Part shown: positions 10,021 to 19,365 of the stretch, one piece after another
Layout of the letters: every line of letters starts with the position of its first letter
How positions within the stretch are numbered: the stretch's first letter is position 1
Source: a virus
Length of the DNA: 64,000 bases
Direction: 5' to 3' (one strand)
Virus record (IMG/VR): IMGVR_UViG_3300042305_001986
Location: 1-64,000 of that record
Notes under the pieces: generated by a model
What the model was told of the DNA's origin: nothing
The model's database searches: none
Seen by the model: only the letters and a program-made list of their open reading frames with translations
Made by a program: the position numbers and the translations under genes

Positions 10021-12138
10021 TTATCTACGAGGAGTTGGTGTTGGGGTTGTAGTTGGTGTTACAGTGATTTTATCAGATGAACTAGATACCGACGGAGTTG
10101 GTGTTTTTGTTCTAGTGACTGTAGGTGTGGGAGTTTTGGTTTTAGTAACAGTTGGAGTAACTGTGCTGGTAATTGTTGGAGTTACCGTTTGTGTTGGTGT
10201 AACAGTTGAAGTCGTTGTTGGTGTTGGTGTCAAATATTGGAATCCACCAGAACATTCAATAATATATTCTTGGAATGAAGATTCACACTCTAAGAAATAT
10301 GGTGTTGTATTTGACTCACACTCCAAATAAAAATTTTGAGTGGTAACTTCACATTCAATAATAAATTCTTCAGTAGAACCCTCGCATTCTAAAAAGAAAG
10401 TTTGTGATGTACCCGAACAAGTCAAAAAATAATCAGATGTTGTACCAACACAGTCTATGAAAAATTCTGAAACAGTAGATGAACACTCCAAAAAGTTAGG
10501 ATTTGTAATAGATGGTGTTATTGTATTGGTAACCGTAGGCGTAATCGTACTTGTGAGTGTAGGTGTTGGAGTTGATGTTTTGGTTGGTGTTGTTGTTGGA
10601 GTTGGTGTTGGTGGAATATAACATGAACAAAATCTTTGTTCAGTACAATCACCAAAAAAGTCAGCACCGTATCTTAATCCAATGTAGGTAGATGTAATAG
10701 GTCCTTGGATTGGTGAATAACAGGTTCCTTCATAAACAATACCTCCACCCAAAGAATGCCATTCAAACGTAGTAACTTCTACCTCAATGTAATCAGGACC
10801 TGGATCACTTCTATCACAACATTTTTCAAAATATACAAATCCTGTTATTGGTGTATAATCTTCAAAACTAACCTTAACATATTTGTTGAAACTAGTGTTT
10901 GGTCTTGTTGATTCTACATTTACAAATGATGTAGATCCCTTCTCAATTTCGGTATTATAATCCACATCCCTCAAAAGAACTTCAGTTCGACCCGTAAGTG
11001 AACCGGCATTTATAGTAACACCTGTTGAAACTACAATTTGCTGGTCTGTTTGTTTATTATAAAGAATATTATCAAATGTAACTGTTATATTTACATCAGA
11101 TATTGATGATGCGGTAAAAGTATAAATAATTCTTGTTGATCCGGAACCATAATCTGAACCAAAATCTATTGTTATCTCACTTAATGGCGTTGATGAAGGT
11201 GTTGTTGTTGGTGTTAATGTATTCGTAGGTGTTATAGTATTTGTAGGTGTAACACTATTCGTGAGTGTTGTTGTTGGTGTTAATGTATTCGTAGGTGTAA
11301 CAGTACTTGTTGGTGTGACAGTACTTGTTGGTGTGACAGTATTTGTTGGTGTTAATGTATTCGTAGGTGTAACAGTATTCGTTGATGTTGTCGTTGGTGT
11401 TACACTTGGTGAAAGGCCTGGTGTAACAGTATTTGTTGGTGTTATTGTAACAGTATTTGTTGGTGTAACAGTATTTGTTGGTGTTATTGTAACAGTATTT
11501 GTTGGTGTCCTTGTAACGGTATTACTAGGTGTATTTGTAGGTGTTTTTGTATTTGTGGGTGTAATAGTTGGTGTAACACTACTCGTTGGAGTTATTGTAG
11601 GTGTGACCGTTCTTGTTGGAGTGTTAGTTGGGGTAGTGGTTGGAGTAGTTGTTGGTGTTCTTGTAGGTGTTCTTGTTGGTAATGGTGTTCTTGTTGGTAA
11701 TGGTGTTGCTGTACTTGTTGGTGTAAGAGTTGGAGTTTGTGATGGTATTATTACAATCGGATTATCTGTGGAACAACAATCAACAGAAGATTGATCATAA
11801 ATCGATTCAATTATACCTATCTTTATTTTTTCCGTAATAGGGAGAATTTGTAATCCGTAATCACTAGATATATTAAATTGTCCGAGATAAGATCCTATTT
11901 TTTTTGTGTAATGTGAAGTAAATTGGTAAGATAGTATAATTTTTGAATCAGTTATTTCATAACTGGCAACATCTTTCAAAATTCTTTTAACACCTGTGTT
12001 TTCCTCTTCCATTGAAAAGAAAATGGTAGAACCTGTAATATTGGTTAATAAACCGTTATACAGATTTCTACCATCAACAAGTAATTCAACCTTGAGAATT
12101 GGTAAACTAGAGGATTTTTTTATAAAAAAATTTATCAT
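10021..12138 (-). CDS. BppU-N-like domain + long Thr/Pro stalk + Cys-repeat putative virion protein (705 aa)
   Basis: ~180-aa TPTNTV-type tract; 8x 11-aa FLEC repeat; TATTTAT motif at 12147-12153. Confidence 0.7.
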   Translation of the reverse strand: MINFFIKKSSSLPILKVELLVDGRNLYNGLLTNITGSTIFFSMEEENTGVKRILKDVASYEITDSKIILSYQFTSHYTKKIGSYLGQFNISSDYGLQILPITEKIKIGIIESIYDQSSVDCCSTDNPIVIIPSQTPTLTPTSTATPLPTRTPLPTRTPTRTPTTTPTTTPTNTPTRTVTPTITPTSSVTPTITPTNTKTPTNTPSNTVTRTPTNTVTITPTNTVTPTNTVTITPTNTVTPGLSPSVTPTTTSTNTVTPTNTLTPTNTVTPTSTVTPTSTVTPTNTLTPTTTLTNSVTPTNTITPTNTLTPTTTPSSTPLSEITIDFGSDYGSGSTRIIYTFTASSISDVNITVTFDNILYNKQTDQQIVVSTGVTINAGSLTGRTEVLLRDVDYNTEIEKGSTSFVNVESTRPNTSFNKYVKVSFEDYTPITGFVYFEKCCDRSDPGPDYIEVEVTTFEWHSLGGGIVYEGTCYSPIQGPITSTYIGLRYGADFFGDCTEQRFCSCYIPPTPTPTTTPTKTSTPTPTLTSTITPTVTNTITPSITNPNFLECSSTVSEFFIDCVGTTSDYFLTCSGTSQTFFLECEGSTEEFIIECEVTTQNFYLECESNTTPYFLECESSFQEYIIECSGGFQYLTPTPTTTSTVTPTQTVTPTITSTVTPTVTKTKTPTPTVTRTKTPTPSVSSSSDKITVTPTTTPTPTPRR
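10234..10494 (-). repeat. Eight degenerate 33-nt (11-aa) coding repeats, consensus (F/I/Y)(L/I)ECxxxxxx(F/Y)
   Basis: [87 protein letters not shown]. Confidence 0.9.
11190..11745 (-). repeat. Coding tandem repeat, mostly 18-nt period ([18 protein letters not shown])
   Basis: Recurrent ggtgt(a/g)acagta(t/c)ttgtt units on the + strand; boundaries approximate. Confidence 0.9.
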
Positions 12139-12155
12139 AATATATTATAAATATA

Positions 12156-13838
12156 CTATGATTCTTTTCTTAATTTTCCGTCGTAATGATCAAATCGATT
12201 ATGTTCTGTTGGTGTCAAAAGGAGGATTCCCGGTGTAATTCTGTCTTTAAGAGTTTCTTGGTAAATGTAAGACATCCATGTTTGCTCATGAGGATGCGCC
12301 CAAGTAGTTTCTAAAAACATTTTTTTATTTCCTTCTCTCGTCACAATTTGTGGCCAATTTGAATAATAAATTTCTCCGCTGGCATACGGTATACCTTTGT
12401 AACTCTTGATGTTTTTGAATGAAGTTTTGGGTGCATTTGGATCTAAACCATGAGTAGGTAATTTATTATATTCGGGCCATTTTTGGTTTCTAAAGTCTTG
12501 AGGTACATTATACCAAGACCACTGTGTTGAATTATCTCCGTAAAATTCCGTAAAGTTGAGTTTTAAGAAATCAAATCCTTCATTTTTTGTAATTTCCAAT
12601 GATTTGGAATATATTTGTGAAACTTTCCTACCAAAACCATTTTTACAAAAATCCTCTACACCACCATAAAAAAACATATCATCTTCAAAGAAAAACATAA
12701 AATCTGAATCACTCTCTTCAAAATGTTCAGCAATATATTGTCTTCCCCCACAAATACCTAAGTTTTCAGGAAATTTAATTTGTGTAAACTCATACTCTTC
12801 ACAAAGTTCATCATAATAATTATCAGTGCTTCTATCTGTCGAGTTATTCAATAAATATTTTTTTGGTTTTTCAATGAAATCGTCATCATAATGAATAAAT
12901 GAATTTATTAATTTTTCAAATTGTTTTGGACTATTGAAGGTAATAACGTAAACTGAAGTTTTATTTAAGTCTAAACTTATATTCTTATTTAATATTGTTG
13001 TTTCGTTTTTCACTTTGAGACTGGAATTTTTTAAATCCTCAAAAAATTTACTTAGTAATCCATTTGATTCAATTTCAAAATAATCAAACTGGTGAGGGTG
13101 TTTGTAAACCATTATTGAAAAAATACTCTCTTCAGTACCCATGAAACCTCTACTAAGTGTGTCATTGGTAAGACCATAGTAAATGTTCATAGCTTCAGAT
13201 ATTTGATCTTTCGGACCTCCAAAAAACCCACCTCGACCAACTTTATTGACATGACTTCCTGATATTTTACAAATTTCTTCGAAATTAAATCCGTGAATTT
13301 CACCCTCTGCGTGATATGGGAAACAAACAAAAGAAAATTTGTTTATATATTTTTGTAATTTTTCTAAAACTTTGTCATGCGTAAAATAACCAAGGTGAAC
13401 AGTATTAGTAATGCCGGCATCTAACCAAAACATATATTTCGAATCAAACTGATCCATTATTTTGGCGTCATTTAATAAAAACATTTTTTGCATAACCAAA
13501 GGATTATACATTTCCAATTTAGCTTGAGTAGATTCACTTAACCACCCTTTTTGATTGAACCAGTTAGGATCCGTTCTGATTGATTGTATTTTTTCATAAA
13601 AATTACCTTTGAACCAATCCAAGTTTCTTTCAATAAATTGAATTTCGTTATGTGTTTTGTGTACATTAACAAACTCCCTCAACTCTGAATCACCAAATAT
13701 GATCAAATTGGTAGGTATTTTGAGAATATCCTTGAACTTACTCAAATAGTGTGATTCAAAATCACGTCCCCATCCTTCAGATAAAGCACCTCTACCTAAA
13801 TCCCATAAACCTGTTACTAAAGTTACGTTACTCATCAT
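12156..13838 (-). CDS. Bifunctional glycosyltransferase: HtrL/YibB-like N-domain + GT-A (GT2-like) C-domain
   Basis: TLVTGLWDLGR..YLSKF..WLDAG (HtrL-like); second domain VYVITFN..NLGICGGRQ..FFEDD. Confidence 0.7.
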   Translation of the reverse strand: MMSNVTLVTGLWDLGRGALSEGWGRDFESHYLSKFKDILKIPTNLIIFGDSELREFVNVHKTHNEIQFIERNLDWFKGNFYEKIQSIRTDPNWFNQKGWLSESTQAKLEMYNPLVMQKMFLLNDAKIMDQFDSKYMFWLDAGITNTVHLGYFTHDKVLEKLQKYINKFSFVCFPYHAEGEIHGFNFEEICKISGSHVNKVGRGGFFGGPKDQISEAMNIYYGLTNDTLSRGFMGTEESIFSIMVYKHPHQFDYFEIESNGLLSKFFEDLKNSSLKVKNETTILNKNISLDLNKTSVYVITFNSPKQFEKLINSFIHYDDDFIEKPKKYLLNNSTDRSTDNYYDELCEEYEFTQIKFPENLGICGGRQYIAEHFEESDSDFMFFFEDDMFFYGGVEDFCKNGFGRKVSQIYSKSLEITKNEGFDFLKLNFTEFYGDNSTQWSWYNVPQDFRNQKWPEYNKLPTHGLDPNAPKTSFKNIKSYKGIPYASGEIYYSNWPQIVTREGNKKMFLETTWAHPHEQTWMSYIYQETLKDRITPGILLLTPTEHNRFDHYDGKLRKES

Positions 13839-14464
13839 TCTTTAACTTTACAAACCCAAGCTGCTTTTTTAAATAAATCATAATCATAGAAAGACAGATT
13901 GTTTTTTTGAGATTTACTTACTATGTCAGATTCTTTAATTTCACACCAATTCCAAATTTTATTTTTCATTTCATTTTCAAATACCTCGTCATTTAAGCAA
14001 AAATCATGTGCCAATATAAAGTCACCGACCTTTAAAAAATCAGATAATAAATTAAATTCTCCGATTTTATACCCTCCGTCACAAAGTACTATAGTTATAC
14101 CATCTTCCCTTATGAAGTCAATGACCTCCTGATTAACATTAGTCCAATCATCTGAAAAAATGTTTTCAACACGAACGTCAATACCTTTTTCAATCATTTC
14201 TCTATACCAAGGTCTTTCGGAAATATCATATGATAGTATTTTGACATCTAATTTGAGTTCTTTAGTAATTATATCTAAAAATTCAGTGAAACCACCCAAA
14301 GCAGTTCCTATTTCTAAAATCCTCTTGGGTTTTACTCTTGAAATAAAGTCATAGAATACTTGGTACGCCTCGTGAGTTTGTTGTGCCGAATGATAGTCAA
14401 AGGCCGATAGACTGTCATTATCTATCAAGTTTGTAAATTTAGTAATTCTTGTTTGTATATTCAT
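13835..14464 (-). CDS. Class I SAM-dependent methyltransferase (CmcI/Methyltransf_24-like, probable sugar O-methyltransferase)
   Basis: ILEIGTALGG motif I; LCDGG and ILAHD downstream motifs. Confidence 0.75.
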   Translation of the reverse strand: MNIQTRITKFTNLIDNDSLSAFDYHSAQQTHEAYQVFYDFISRVKPKRILEIGTALGGFTEFLDIITKELKLDVKILSYDISERPWYREMIEKGIDVRVENIFSDDWTNVNQEVIDFIREDGITIVLCDGGYKIGEFNLLSDFLKVGDFILAHDFCLNDEVFENEMKNKIWNWCEIKESDIVSKSQKNNLSFYDYDLFKKAAWVCKVKE

Positions 14465-14466
14465 AT

Positions 14467-15180
14467 TTAAAACTTTTTATGTAAGTTATTAGATTTATCA
14501 TAAAATTTAAAACAATTTGGTAACAAGTATCTAAAAGCTTCGTAATCCCATTTCATATCAGACTCCAAAGCAGAAACACCTATTTCGAATCCGTCAGGGT
14601 AATTCCTTATATTATTTTTTATAGAGTACCACAAAAACTCCTCCCATCTCCTAACGAAAAATCTGAATTTCCAATTATTTTTAAACACTAAAAATTGTTC
14701 ATTAACTACATGAGCTTCATCCCATTTATTATGATCGAAGACGTTATAATCAAATAATTTCCTGTCAAAAAAACAATTTTGTAAATCTTTTTTGTGGTCA
14801 CCAATTTTGGCAGGTCTTTCAAATAATAAATCTAAATTATTTTTTTCCATATAATTGAACATGTTAATAATTTTTTGTTCACTAAAACCTTCCGAAGTCA
14901 TCCAATCGGCGTCGTTAAAAATGATGTAGTCAAATTCCTTATCTAAACAATATTTGAGGGATAATACTTTTAAATTCAAGTAAAATGAAAATCCAGCACC
15001 GTCATCGTGATATTTGTCTAACTTAAATAAATCTAAATTGATTCTATCACTTACATCCATCGATTCGTTTGTTGTAATATTAAAACTTGCTGAACATTTT
15101 TCACTTAATTGATTATAACAATTGATTGCATTTTCCAAGTACGAATTACCAACAGCCAACGTTGTAAAAATGTATTTCAT
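14467..15180 (-). CDS. GT-A fold glycosyltransferase, family uncertain
   Basis: N-terminal beta strand YIFTTLAVG; DYIIFNDADW DxD motif; operon context. Confidence 0.6.
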   Translation of the reverse strand: MKYIFTTLAVGNSYLENAINCYNQLSEKCSASFNITTNESMDVSDRINLDLFKLDKYHDDGAGFSFYLNLKVLSLKYCLDKEFDYIIFNDADWMTSEGFSEQKIINMFNYMEKNNLDLLFERPAKIGDHKKDLQNCFFDRKLFDYNVFDHNKWDEAHVVNEQFLVFKNNWKFRFFVRRWEEFLWYSIKNNIRNYPDGFEIGVSALESDMKWDYEAFRYLLPNCFKFYDKSNNLHKKF

Positions 15181-16160
15181 GATTCAACAATTTTCTCTAG
15201 AAAATTAAGTGTGTAATCAAAATCATAGTAAATTGGTAATTCATTATTCAAAAAAATAGGGGCTTCAATATATTTTTTATACAAATTGTCGTCATTATCT
15301 ATTCTCTTGATTAACACCAAAAAATCATTCAAATCCGAAAAATTATGCAAATTTACGAAACTATCAGGGTTAAATCCCTCCTCTAAAATATATTGATTCC
15401 CGTAGAAAATAGGAATAGCACCCGAAAAAAAAGCATGATATAACTTTTCCTGCAATATATAATCAGTATTTGTGTAGTGTATTGCGATATTAAATTTATA
15501 CTTTTGAAAAAACTGTATTTTTTCTCTGTAAGTCAATCCATCGTTTCTTCCAATATAAACTTGATTCAACCATTGATATTTGTTCAGTTCATCTTTTGGA
15601 TCTATATTTTGTCTCCAAGGGCCTGATGACGTAACCATCTTATATTCATTTAATTTGTCAAAGACTAAACCTCTAAATTTATTATCTGATGCCTGTGTTA
15701 TTGAACAAAATCCTGTGTTTCTATTCTTAATTTGATCAATATTCCTCTTTTGAGTCAACCAAGATAATGGACTATCAACCAATCTTGATTCGTCATATAA
15801 TGTCCACACATCGAACACACCAGATGGTTGTCTCAAATATCTTTCGTGTTCAAATTTATTGTAACCTATCGCCCACTGATTGTCATTTGCAAATATAGGT
15901 CCTGAAAAATCGGCGACTTCACCTGAAACATAAATAAATTTTTTATTCTTATCATTCTGTCTATATTCTGTAGGTAAATGATTGGTATATGTATCGATTT
16001 GTTCTCTATTATAGTGTAGATCCGAGTGTATTATAATGTCAGGATTAATTGGATCAATAAGTACATTATATTTTTTGGATAGTACAAATTTAAAGTAACT
16101 CATCCAACTGTGTTGACCGTGATTTGGAAACCCTTGTCTAGTTATTCTGATAGTTTTCAT
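15177..16160 (-). CDS. GT10-like (alpha-1,3-fucosyltransferase-type) glycosyltransferase
   Basis: FIYVSGE, FCSIT..FRGLVFDKLNEYK, KIQFFQKYKFNIAI..DYILQEKLYHAFFSGAIPIFYG..FNPDSFVN. Confidence 0.8.
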   Translation of the reverse strand: MKTIRITRQGFPNHGQHSWMSYFKFVLSKKYNVLIDPINPDIIIHSDLHYNREQIDTYTNHLPTEYRQNDKNKKFIYVSGEVADFSGPIFANDNQWAIGYNKFEHERYLRQPSGVFDVWTLYDESRLVDSPLSWLTQKRNIDQIKNRNTGFCSITQASDNKFRGLVFDKLNEYKMVTSSGPWRQNIDPKDELNKYQWLNQVYIGRNDGLTYREKIQFFQKYKFNIAIHYTNTDYILQEKLYHAFFSGAIPIFYGNQYILEEGFNPDSFVNLHNFSDLNDFLVLIKRIDNDDNLYKKYIEAPIFLNNELPIYYDFDYTLNFLEKIVES

Positions 16161-16857
16161 TAATAAATTGAGTTAATTTTATGGTATTATCGTTGAAGGG
16201 TCCATTATCATGAATTATAAACGCATTTAAATTTAACAATGTTACTTTATTATTTTCGATTTCTACATAGTCTTTATTATCTAACGTACTGAAAAAGAAG
16301 TTTTTTTCTTGATCGATGATAATATCATCATTCAATAGATATTGAATTGTCCATCTTCCTTGATCATCAATACCCGTTTGATATTCTTTAGTAATAATAT
16401 CCTCTAAATGATAGATTATTTTTTCAGTGTATCCGAAATATGTACCTGAGTTAAGATATTTGGAATCGTTTATAGACCTTTTTTTTTCATATAAGTGAGT
16501 ATAGTTAGTCGGTGGCCACAAACCCTTCTCAGCTCCCATAACTATACTACAATTCAATGAATGAAAATCTTCAACTATATTTTTTGGTGAACCGATAAAA
16601 TTTGTGTCCGTGGCATCTATAAATAGTATATATTTATACTTCCCAAGAATTTGAGATTTAATGTATTCTAAAAGATTTACTATTTTATAGTAATACAGTT
16701 TGTCATAGTAAGATCCATTCTTAACCAAACCAGAATTTCTGACTATGTGAATATCCTCAGATGAAAAATATTTCAACGCGTTTTTATAAAAAGATGGCTC
16801 GTAATAATCAGGATAGTCAAATAATACTGTAATCAGGCAAATTTTTTCATTTTCCAT
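16138..16857 (-). CDS. PLOD/LH3 glycosyltransferase-domain-like protein
   Basis: ILFIDATD, IVMGAEKGLWP, KYLNSGTYFG, DDQGRWT match the PLOD GT-domain pattern; start taken at MENEK (16857), next to the upstream stop, rather than 16887. Confidence 0.75.
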   Translation of the reverse strand: MENEKICLITVLFDYPDYYEPSFYKNALKYFSSEDIHIVRNSGLVKNGSYYDKLYYYKIVNLLEYIKSQILGKYKYILFIDATDTNFIGSPKNIVEDFHSLNCSIVMGAEKGLWPPTNYTHLYEKKRSINDSKYLNSGTYFGYTEKIIYHLEDIITKEYQTGIDDQGRWTIQYLLNDDIIIDQEKNFFFSTLDNKDYVEIENNKVTLLNLNAFIIHDNGPFNDNTIKLTQFINENYQNN

Positions 16858-16858
16858 A

Positions 16859-17491
16859 TTAATTATCCAATTGTCTATAGTATTCATTAATTAAGTTACT
16901 ATCTGATTGAAACGGTATACCATTTCCGAATACTTTTATAGGTATTTCCTTTTCCCAAAAAAAAGAAATTTCCTTACCTTTATTTTTCATCAAGATTTCA
17001 TCACTTCTAACATCATTTTCAATCCAAGAAAATTTTGGAAAAATAACAACTTCATTGTTAATAATTTCTAAAAATTGTTTATGATGGGCATTACCACGAT
17101 ATTTATTTTGGTATAAAAACGAAAATTCATCATATTTTGATGGTGACGCAATAAACCCCGCAAGTGATATTTTAGTCAACAAGTCTGTTAATTCCAAAGG
17201 ATTAAATACATCTTCAATTGTGTGTGAGCAAATAGAGAAATCAAATTTTCCATAGGTTTCGACATATGATAATATCTCACCCCATGTGGTTTTATCTTCC
17301 AAATTCAAATTAAAAAAAGTAACATCATCCTTATTGACAACAATCGAATCGGCAACAAATTTACACTCAGGATAAGACCAAAACATGTAAGATGCACCAA
17401 CATCAACTGTTTTCAAATTGTTGTCGGATATATATTTTTTTATGTCTTCCCTTTTACCACCGGTGGTGTTATATGTCCAACTTTTTATCAT
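16859..17491 (-). CDS. SAM-dependent methyltransferase-like protein
   Basis: TVDVGAS motif I; KFDFSICSHTIED. Confidence 0.65.
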   Translation of the reverse strand: MIKSWTYNTTGGKREDIKKYISDNNLKTVDVGASYMFWSYPECKFVADSIVVNKDDVTFFNLNLEDKTTWGEILSYVETYGKFDFSICSHTIEDVFNPLELTDLLTKISLAGFIASPSKYDEFSFLYQNKYRGNAHHKQFLEIINNEVVIFPKFSWIENDVRSDEILMKNKGKEISFFWEKEIPIKVFGNGIPFQSDSNLINEYYRQLDN

Positions 17492-17493
17492 CT

Positions 17494-18054
17494 TTAATCA
17501 AAAAAAACAACACCAGTCCCTGATACATGACCCAAGTTGGTGATTTCCATTTTATCTTCATTTATTGTCTCCCAAAACTGAGACATTTCATTATTCAAAC
17601 GTATGTCGTCTAATATCAATATTCCATTATAATTAATTTTTTTCAAATAGTTCAAAAAAATAAGTTCAAAATCTCCTGTATGGAAAGTATCTAACAGAAT
17701 TATTTTGGAATCTAATATGATTTCTTTGTATTTATCACTCATTACGTCATCGACTATAAACTCAACATTTTGCGGTTTTTCTTTCAATTGTAATTGATCT
17801 GTCAAATTAAATGAGTAAACTTTATTTGTTTTATTTGCGGCCAAAGCCAATGCTGAACAACCTAATAAAGTACCGACATCAACAAATGATACACCATCAA
17901 AATAATTGGATAAAAAAGTTAGTAGTCGATAGTGTTCCTGAGATGATTTTTGTAAAAAATAATTCTGATATTCTTCATTATTGATTAAAGAATAAGATTC
18001 CATTTTCAACTCATCCAAGTCTTCATTTTTTAAATTGAGAAATAAATCTTTCAT
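17494..18054 (-). CDS. SAM-dependent methyltransferase (Methyltransf_24-like)
   Basis: FVDVGTLLGCSA, LLDTFH, ILILDDI. Confidence 0.75.
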   Translation of the reverse strand: MKDLFLNLKNEDLDELKMESYSLINNEEYQNYFLQKSSQEHYRLLTFLSNYFDGVSFVDVGTLLGCSALALAANKTNKVYSFNLTDQLQLKEKPQNVEFIVDDVMSDKYKEIILDSKIILLDTFHTGDFELIFLNYLKKINYNGILILDDIRLNNEMSQFWETINEDKMEITNLGHVSGTGVVFFD

Positions 18055-18058
18055 TTTT

Positions 18059-19303
18059 TCATAAATTTCCTGTCATTCTTTCACCCCACCCCTTAGATTC
18101 AGAGTGTGGCCAAACAACCCAATATGCTGGTTTTTCTTCAGCATTGAAAGTTCTCCAAACTTTACAATACCCGTCAGGATCTCTAAAAAACCCTTGAATT
18201 TCGTGTTTATCCGCGTCCTTACGGTATATTGTTTCATCCTTGTGATCATGGAATGCAACAACCCAAAAATCATAATCTCTTTCGGGAACCTGATCATAAG
18301 CCACATCAATACAATGTTTGAATTGTTTTGTGAATGAGTTGATCCAGTCTTCCTCCGTTTCGTAATTATTTGGATTTGGTGGATATTCCTTATCTAAAGT
18401 GTATTTTTGAACCGCTCTTTTACTGAAAAGAAGCCCTGAATACTTTTCATAATCCCTCAAAGTTCTGACGGGACCAAATCCAAACTGACCTAAGTCAACC
18501 ATTTCTTCACCATCCATACCGAAGAGTTGTCTGTTTCTTTTATGTGAATGATTGTTCTTTTCAACCCACTTCTTATCGTCATCCCACTGTTTGGTTCGTC
18601 CTTTTCTGGTGTATTCGTGATATACAACTACCTTGTGAGGGTGGAATAAATCATATCCATGAGTGTATGCTCTTGCCGCGATACTGATTTCTTCTCCGTG
18701 AAAATAATATTCAGGATCGTGTTGAACTTCTTTTGAGAATATCCCGAGGGTAAAACAAAAATGTGCTGAGTAGAATCTCGCAGGAACTGGTTTTGTTAAT
18801 TCAGACCAACCAGGTATTGTTTCAGGTAGGAAGAAAACTGCACCTTCGGGAATAAATCTGTCGAATGCCATTCTCCAAGGATCCCTTGCTCTTCCAGCAG
18901 GATCATTATCGGGATCAAATGAACTTACATATCCTGTTAGAAGTGGTTTTTCATGTCCATCTTCTTGGAGTTGATCAATCATATCAATCAAAGTGGTGTC
19001 CCACCCCTTTTCAAATCTCATATGTGAATCGATTTGCAGGGTGTAGGTTTCGTTTTTATAAAGTTGTTGGATAAGGTGTCTCGCCCAACAAGCTCCGTTG
19101 GATTCTGTGTGAGGAATATCTAAAATTCTGAATCTGTCGTCTCCTCTGAATTCTTGTAATTTATCAAAACCATCCTCTTCACTGTATTGTTTTGCAATAC
19201 CGAATCTTAATTTTTCTGGCCTGTCGGCATTTGCGATCATGTCTCGAACTGTATTCTCTAATTCGGGATCTCTGTATGAAGCTATTTGGACAAATATGGT
19301 CAC
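18059..19303 (-). CDS. GT60-like polypeptide alpha-N-acetylglucosaminyltransferase (Gnt1/modB/TcOGNT family)
   Basis: TIFVQIASYRDPEL, SNGACWARH, LQIDSHMRFEKGWD (DxH), FHGEEISIAARAYTHGYDLF, VYHEY; GTG start. Confidence 0.85.
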   Translation of the reverse strand: MTIFVQIASYRDPELENTVRDMIANADRPEKLRFGIAKQYSEEDGFDKLQEFRGDDRFRILDIPHTESNGACWARHLIQQLYKNETYTLQIDSHMRFEKGWDTTLIDMIDQLQEDGHEKPLLTGYVSSFDPDNDPAGRARDPWRMAFDRFIPEGAVFFLPETIPGWSELTKPVPARFYSAHFCFTLGIFSKEVQHDPEYYFHGEEISIAARAYTHGYDLFHPHKVVVYHEYTRKGRTKQWDDDKKWVEKNNHSHKRNRQLFGMDGEEMVDLGQFGFGPVRTLRDYEKYSGLLFSKRAVQKYTLDKEYPPNPNNYETEEDWINSFTKQFKHCIDVAYDQVPERDYDFWVVAFHDHKDETIYRKDADKHEIQGFFRDPDGYCKVWRTFNAEEKPAYWVVWPHSESKGWGERMTGNL

Positions 19304-19365
19304 TTTGATTATGTTTGAAAATTTATTTTATTCAAATCATAAATTAAGTTTTGAAGAGGTAAATA

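Noticed and set aside
4030-11794. Val/Gly-rich plus-strand ORFs (4030, 10004, 11261) that look like membrane proteins
   Set aside because: Antisense readout of Thr/Pro codons (ACA/CCA reversed give GTT/GGT); no independent evidence.
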